Positions 61,668 to 64,000 of a stretch of 64,000 nt of DNA are shown piece by piece. The notes beneath the pieces were generated by a model that saw nothing but the letters and a program-made list of their open reading frames with translations, ran no database searches and had not been told where the DNA came from. Position 1 is the stretch's first letter. Each line of letters opens with the position of its first letter. Source of the stretch: Bacteroides sp. Its GTDB lineage: Bacteria; Bacteroidota; Bacteroidia; Bacteroidales; Bacteroidaceae. Location of the stretch: contig JBHADT010000027.1 in the NCBI GenBank assembly GCA_041855205.1, positions 42,301-106,300 on the forward strand, in the 5' to 3' direction. The translations under genes and the position numbers were made by a program.

Positions 61668-63305
61668 TTACTTAGAAGCATTCCAAGGCTTCAACTGCTT
61701 GAAGAAGTCATTGCCTTTATCATCCACTAAGATAAACGCAGGAAAATCTTCCACTTCTATCTTCCAGATAGCTTCCATACCCAATTCGGGATATTCCACA
61801 CACTCTATGCTCTTGATATTGTTCTGAGCTAGAATAGCCGCCGGTCCGCCGATAGAGCCGAGATAAAATCCTCCGAACTCCTTGCAGGCATCCGTCACCG
61901 CCTGACTACGGTTGCCTTTAGCAAGCATAATCATGCTTCCGCCACGACTCTGGAATAGGTTGACGTATGAGTCCATACGTCCTGCCGTGGTAGGTCCCAT
62001 GGAACCGCAAGCCATACCGGCGGGAGTTTTGGCCGGTCCTGCGTAATAAATGGGATGATCCTTGATGTATTGCGGCAAATCTTCTCCCCTGTCCAAACGT
62101 TCTTTCAGCTTAGCATGCGCAATGTCACGCCCCACAATGATAGTTCCGTTCAGCGAGAGCCGGGTAGCCACCGGATACTTTGTCAGTTCCCCCAATATAT
62201 CCTTCATTGGCTGGTTGAGGTCTATTTTCACCACTGTCCCCTCCCCTGCATTGCGCAGTTCTGCGGGAATCAGTTCACCCGGATTGTCATCCAGCTTCTC
62301 AATCCAGATTCCTTCACGATTAATCTTGCACTTTATATTGCGGTCGGCAGAACAGGAAACACCCAACCCCACCGGGCACGAAGCTCCGTGACGGGGCAAA
62401 CGAATGATACGTACGTCGTGCGCAAGGTATTTGCCGCCAAACTGTGCACCGAGTCCTATCTTGTGAGCTTCCTCAAGCACTTTTTTCTCTAATTCTATAT
62501 CGCGGAATGCCCTGCCGTATTCATTCCCTTCGGTAGGCAGTTCGTCATAGTAATGAGTAGATGCCAGCTTCACCGTCAGCAAGTTCTTCTCGGCAGAAGT
62601 ACCTCCGATTACAAAAGCCACATGATAAGGAGGACATGCTGCCGTACCCAATGTTTTCATCTTTTCCACGAGAAAAGGAACCAAGGTTTCGGGATTAAGG
62701 ATGGCTTTCGTCTCCTGATAGAGATATGTTTTATTTGCCGAACCTCCTCCTTTGGTTACACAGAGGAATTTATACTCCATCCCCTCCGTCGCCTCAATAT
62801 CTATCTGGGCAGGCAGGTTGCATTTGGTATTAACCTCATCGTACATATTCAGCGGCGCATTCTGCGAGTAACGCAGGTTCTCTTCGGTATATGTTTTATA
62901 CACTCCCAAAGAGAGAGCTTCCTCGTCACAATATCCGGTCCATACCTGCTGTCCTTTCTCGCCATGGATGATTGCCGTCCCTGTATCCTGGCAGAAAGGG
63001 AGTACCCCTTTGGAGGCAACTTCCGCATTTCGCAGGAAAGTAAGCGCTACATACTTGTCATTCTCACTTGCTTCAGGATCTGCCAATATTTTGGCTACCT
63101 GTTCGTTATGTTCACGCCTCAGCATAAACGAAACGTCGCGGAAAGCTGCGTTCGCCATTGCCGTAAGTCCTTCCTGAGCAATTTTCAGTATGGGTTTCCC
63201 CTCAAATTCACTTACGGAAACATAATCTTTGGTAAGCAGGTAATATTCGGTTTTGTCTTTGCCATGTTCGAACATGGGTTGATACTTGAACGGAGGTGTT
63301 GCCAT
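61668..63305 (-). CDS. fumA: Class I (Fe-S) fumarate hydratase
   Basis: [33 protein letters not shown]. Confidence 0.93.
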   Translation of the reverse strand: MATPPFKYQPMFEHGKDKTEYYLLTKDYVSVSEFEGKPILKIAQEGLTAMANAAFRDVSFMLRREHNEQVAKILADPEASENDKYVALTFLRNAEVASKGVLPFCQDTGTAIIHGEKGQQVWTGYCDEEALSLGVYKTYTEENLRYSQNAPLNMYDEVNTKCNLPAQIDIEATEGMEYKFLCVTKGGGSANKTYLYQETKAILNPETLVPFLVEKMKTLGTAACPPYHVAFVIGGTSAEKNLLTVKLASTHYYDELPTEGNEYGRAFRDIELEKKVLEEAHKIGLGAQFGGKYLAHDVRIIRLPRHGASCPVGLGVSCSADRNIKCKINREGIWIEKLDDNPGELIPAELRNAGEGTVVKIDLNQPMKDILGELTKYPVATRLSLNGTIIVGRDIAHAKLKERLDRGEDLPQYIKDHPIYYAGPAKTPAGMACGSMGPTTAGRMDSYVNLFQSRGGSMIMLAKGNRSQAVTDACKEFGGFYLGSIGGPAAILAQNNIKSIECVEYPELGMEAIWKIEVEDFPAFILVDDKGNDFFKQLKPWNASK

Positions 63306-63337
63306 ATCTTTCTTTATTTAATGTTAGTTAGCTGATA

Positions 63338-63345
63338 CAAAGGTA
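63338..63345 (-). promoter_or_regulatory. -7 promoter element of the fumarase gene
   Basis: CAAAGGTA on plus = TACCTTTG on minus. Confidence 0.6.
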
Positions 63346-63433
63346 GTAAATCTCCTGTAAAGGGCTGCACAAGGGTCTGAAAAAAGAGGTAAGTGTCAGG
63401 AGAAAAGGTTGCCGGACTCATTCAGTCTCTTTT

Positions 63434-64000
63434 CTAACACAACGGAGAGAGACGTCGGATGAGTTCGTCGCCCAAAGCCGTTTTATCGTCTATATGCTTT
63501 AGTACCGCAGTCACAAAAGGATTGCTCTCGAAATCTCCCCGTACCTGTTCGAAGTCAAGTTCTTTTTCCACATGCGAACCATCCGCCCCGAAACCGGTCA
63601 TGGCAGCCAGTGAAAACTCCTTACGGGCATCTTCATACACCATACGATCCAAGCCCACGACAGCCTGTTTCCACTGTTCCACAATTCGTACCACTTGCGA
63701 GGCGGTTATGCTCGCCGGGTCATAACCGTAAAACTCTTCGATACGCTCGTACGCCCAAGTCCACTCATATGTATAGTAATTGAGATGCATCCGTTCGAAC
63801 TCGGCGTTTATCTTTTTCAGTTTGTCTATGCTGCCGGTTTCGATACCTTCAATCAATTCTTCTATCGCACTTTTAGGAGCTATCAAACCCGACACATCCA
63901 CCCATTCGCCCGTACCAATATGCGTATCGGGTTTAAGACGTTCGCGTATCGCCTCATTGTCGGCAAAATCGATGTTCTCCAAACGCTTGATGATAGAGTT
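63434..64000 (-). CDS. C-terminal part of a DUF4954-like protein (truncated by the window edge)
   Basis: Frame open to the window end; GEWVDVSGLIAP, DARKEF, GFGADG, VRGDFESNPFV recalled from this Bacteroidetes family. Confidence 0.65.
   Translation of the reverse strand, partial: NSIIKRLENIDFADNEAIRERLKPDTHIGTGEWVDVSGLIAPKSAIEELIEGIETGSIDKLKKINAEFERMHLNYYTYEWTWAYERIEEFYGYDPASITASQVVRIVEQWKQAVVGLDRMVYEDARKEFSLAAMTGFGADGSHVEKELDFEQVRGDFESNPFVTAVLKHIDDKTALGDELIRRLSPLC

Overview
Core-chromosome window of a Bacteroides-like (Bacteroidales) bacterium, judged from gene content and TAnnTTTG/TTTG promoter elements; the species cannot be fixed from this sequence. Order: membrane protein + ABC ATPase; a Phe/Tyr biosynthesis operon (pheA, aminotransferase, DAHP synthase/chorismate mutase, tyrA); dnaG; a minus-strand housekeeping block (folE, SPOR protein, tpiA, DoxX-like, DUF1599-like, M23/LysM peptidase, recG, ispD, DJ-1, tonB-exbD-exbB, pdxJ); nadK, tadA, a small RHH-like protein, yraN, yjbR, birA, a TPR protein; a ~32 kb heparin/heparan-sulfate utilization locus resembling B. 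thetaiotaomicron BT4652-BT4663, with an extra SusC/SusD pair and an extra reverse-strand sulfatase; then pyrH, frr, rsgA, a PL10 pectate lyase, fumarate hydratase and a partial DUF4954-like gene. No rRNA, tRNA, CRISPR array, transposase or integrase was seen. Main signals not in the ORF track: (1) a 27-aa leader peptide with eight consecutive Tyr/Phe codons plus antiterminator and terminator helices, forming a candidate dual Phe/Tyr attenuator; (2) five dispersed copies of an intergenic element built from 22-23-bp tandem units; (3) sequence boxes at matching distances from the -7 element in three PUL promoters, suggesting one HTCS regulon; (4) a candidate multi-stem RNA leader upstream of the M23/LysM gene; (5) an RHH-like gene next to mirror-image divergent promoters. 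Family and ortholog names come from motif recognition and recall, not database searches. Several start codons were moved downstream of the ORF-track starts using promoter and signal-peptide positions.
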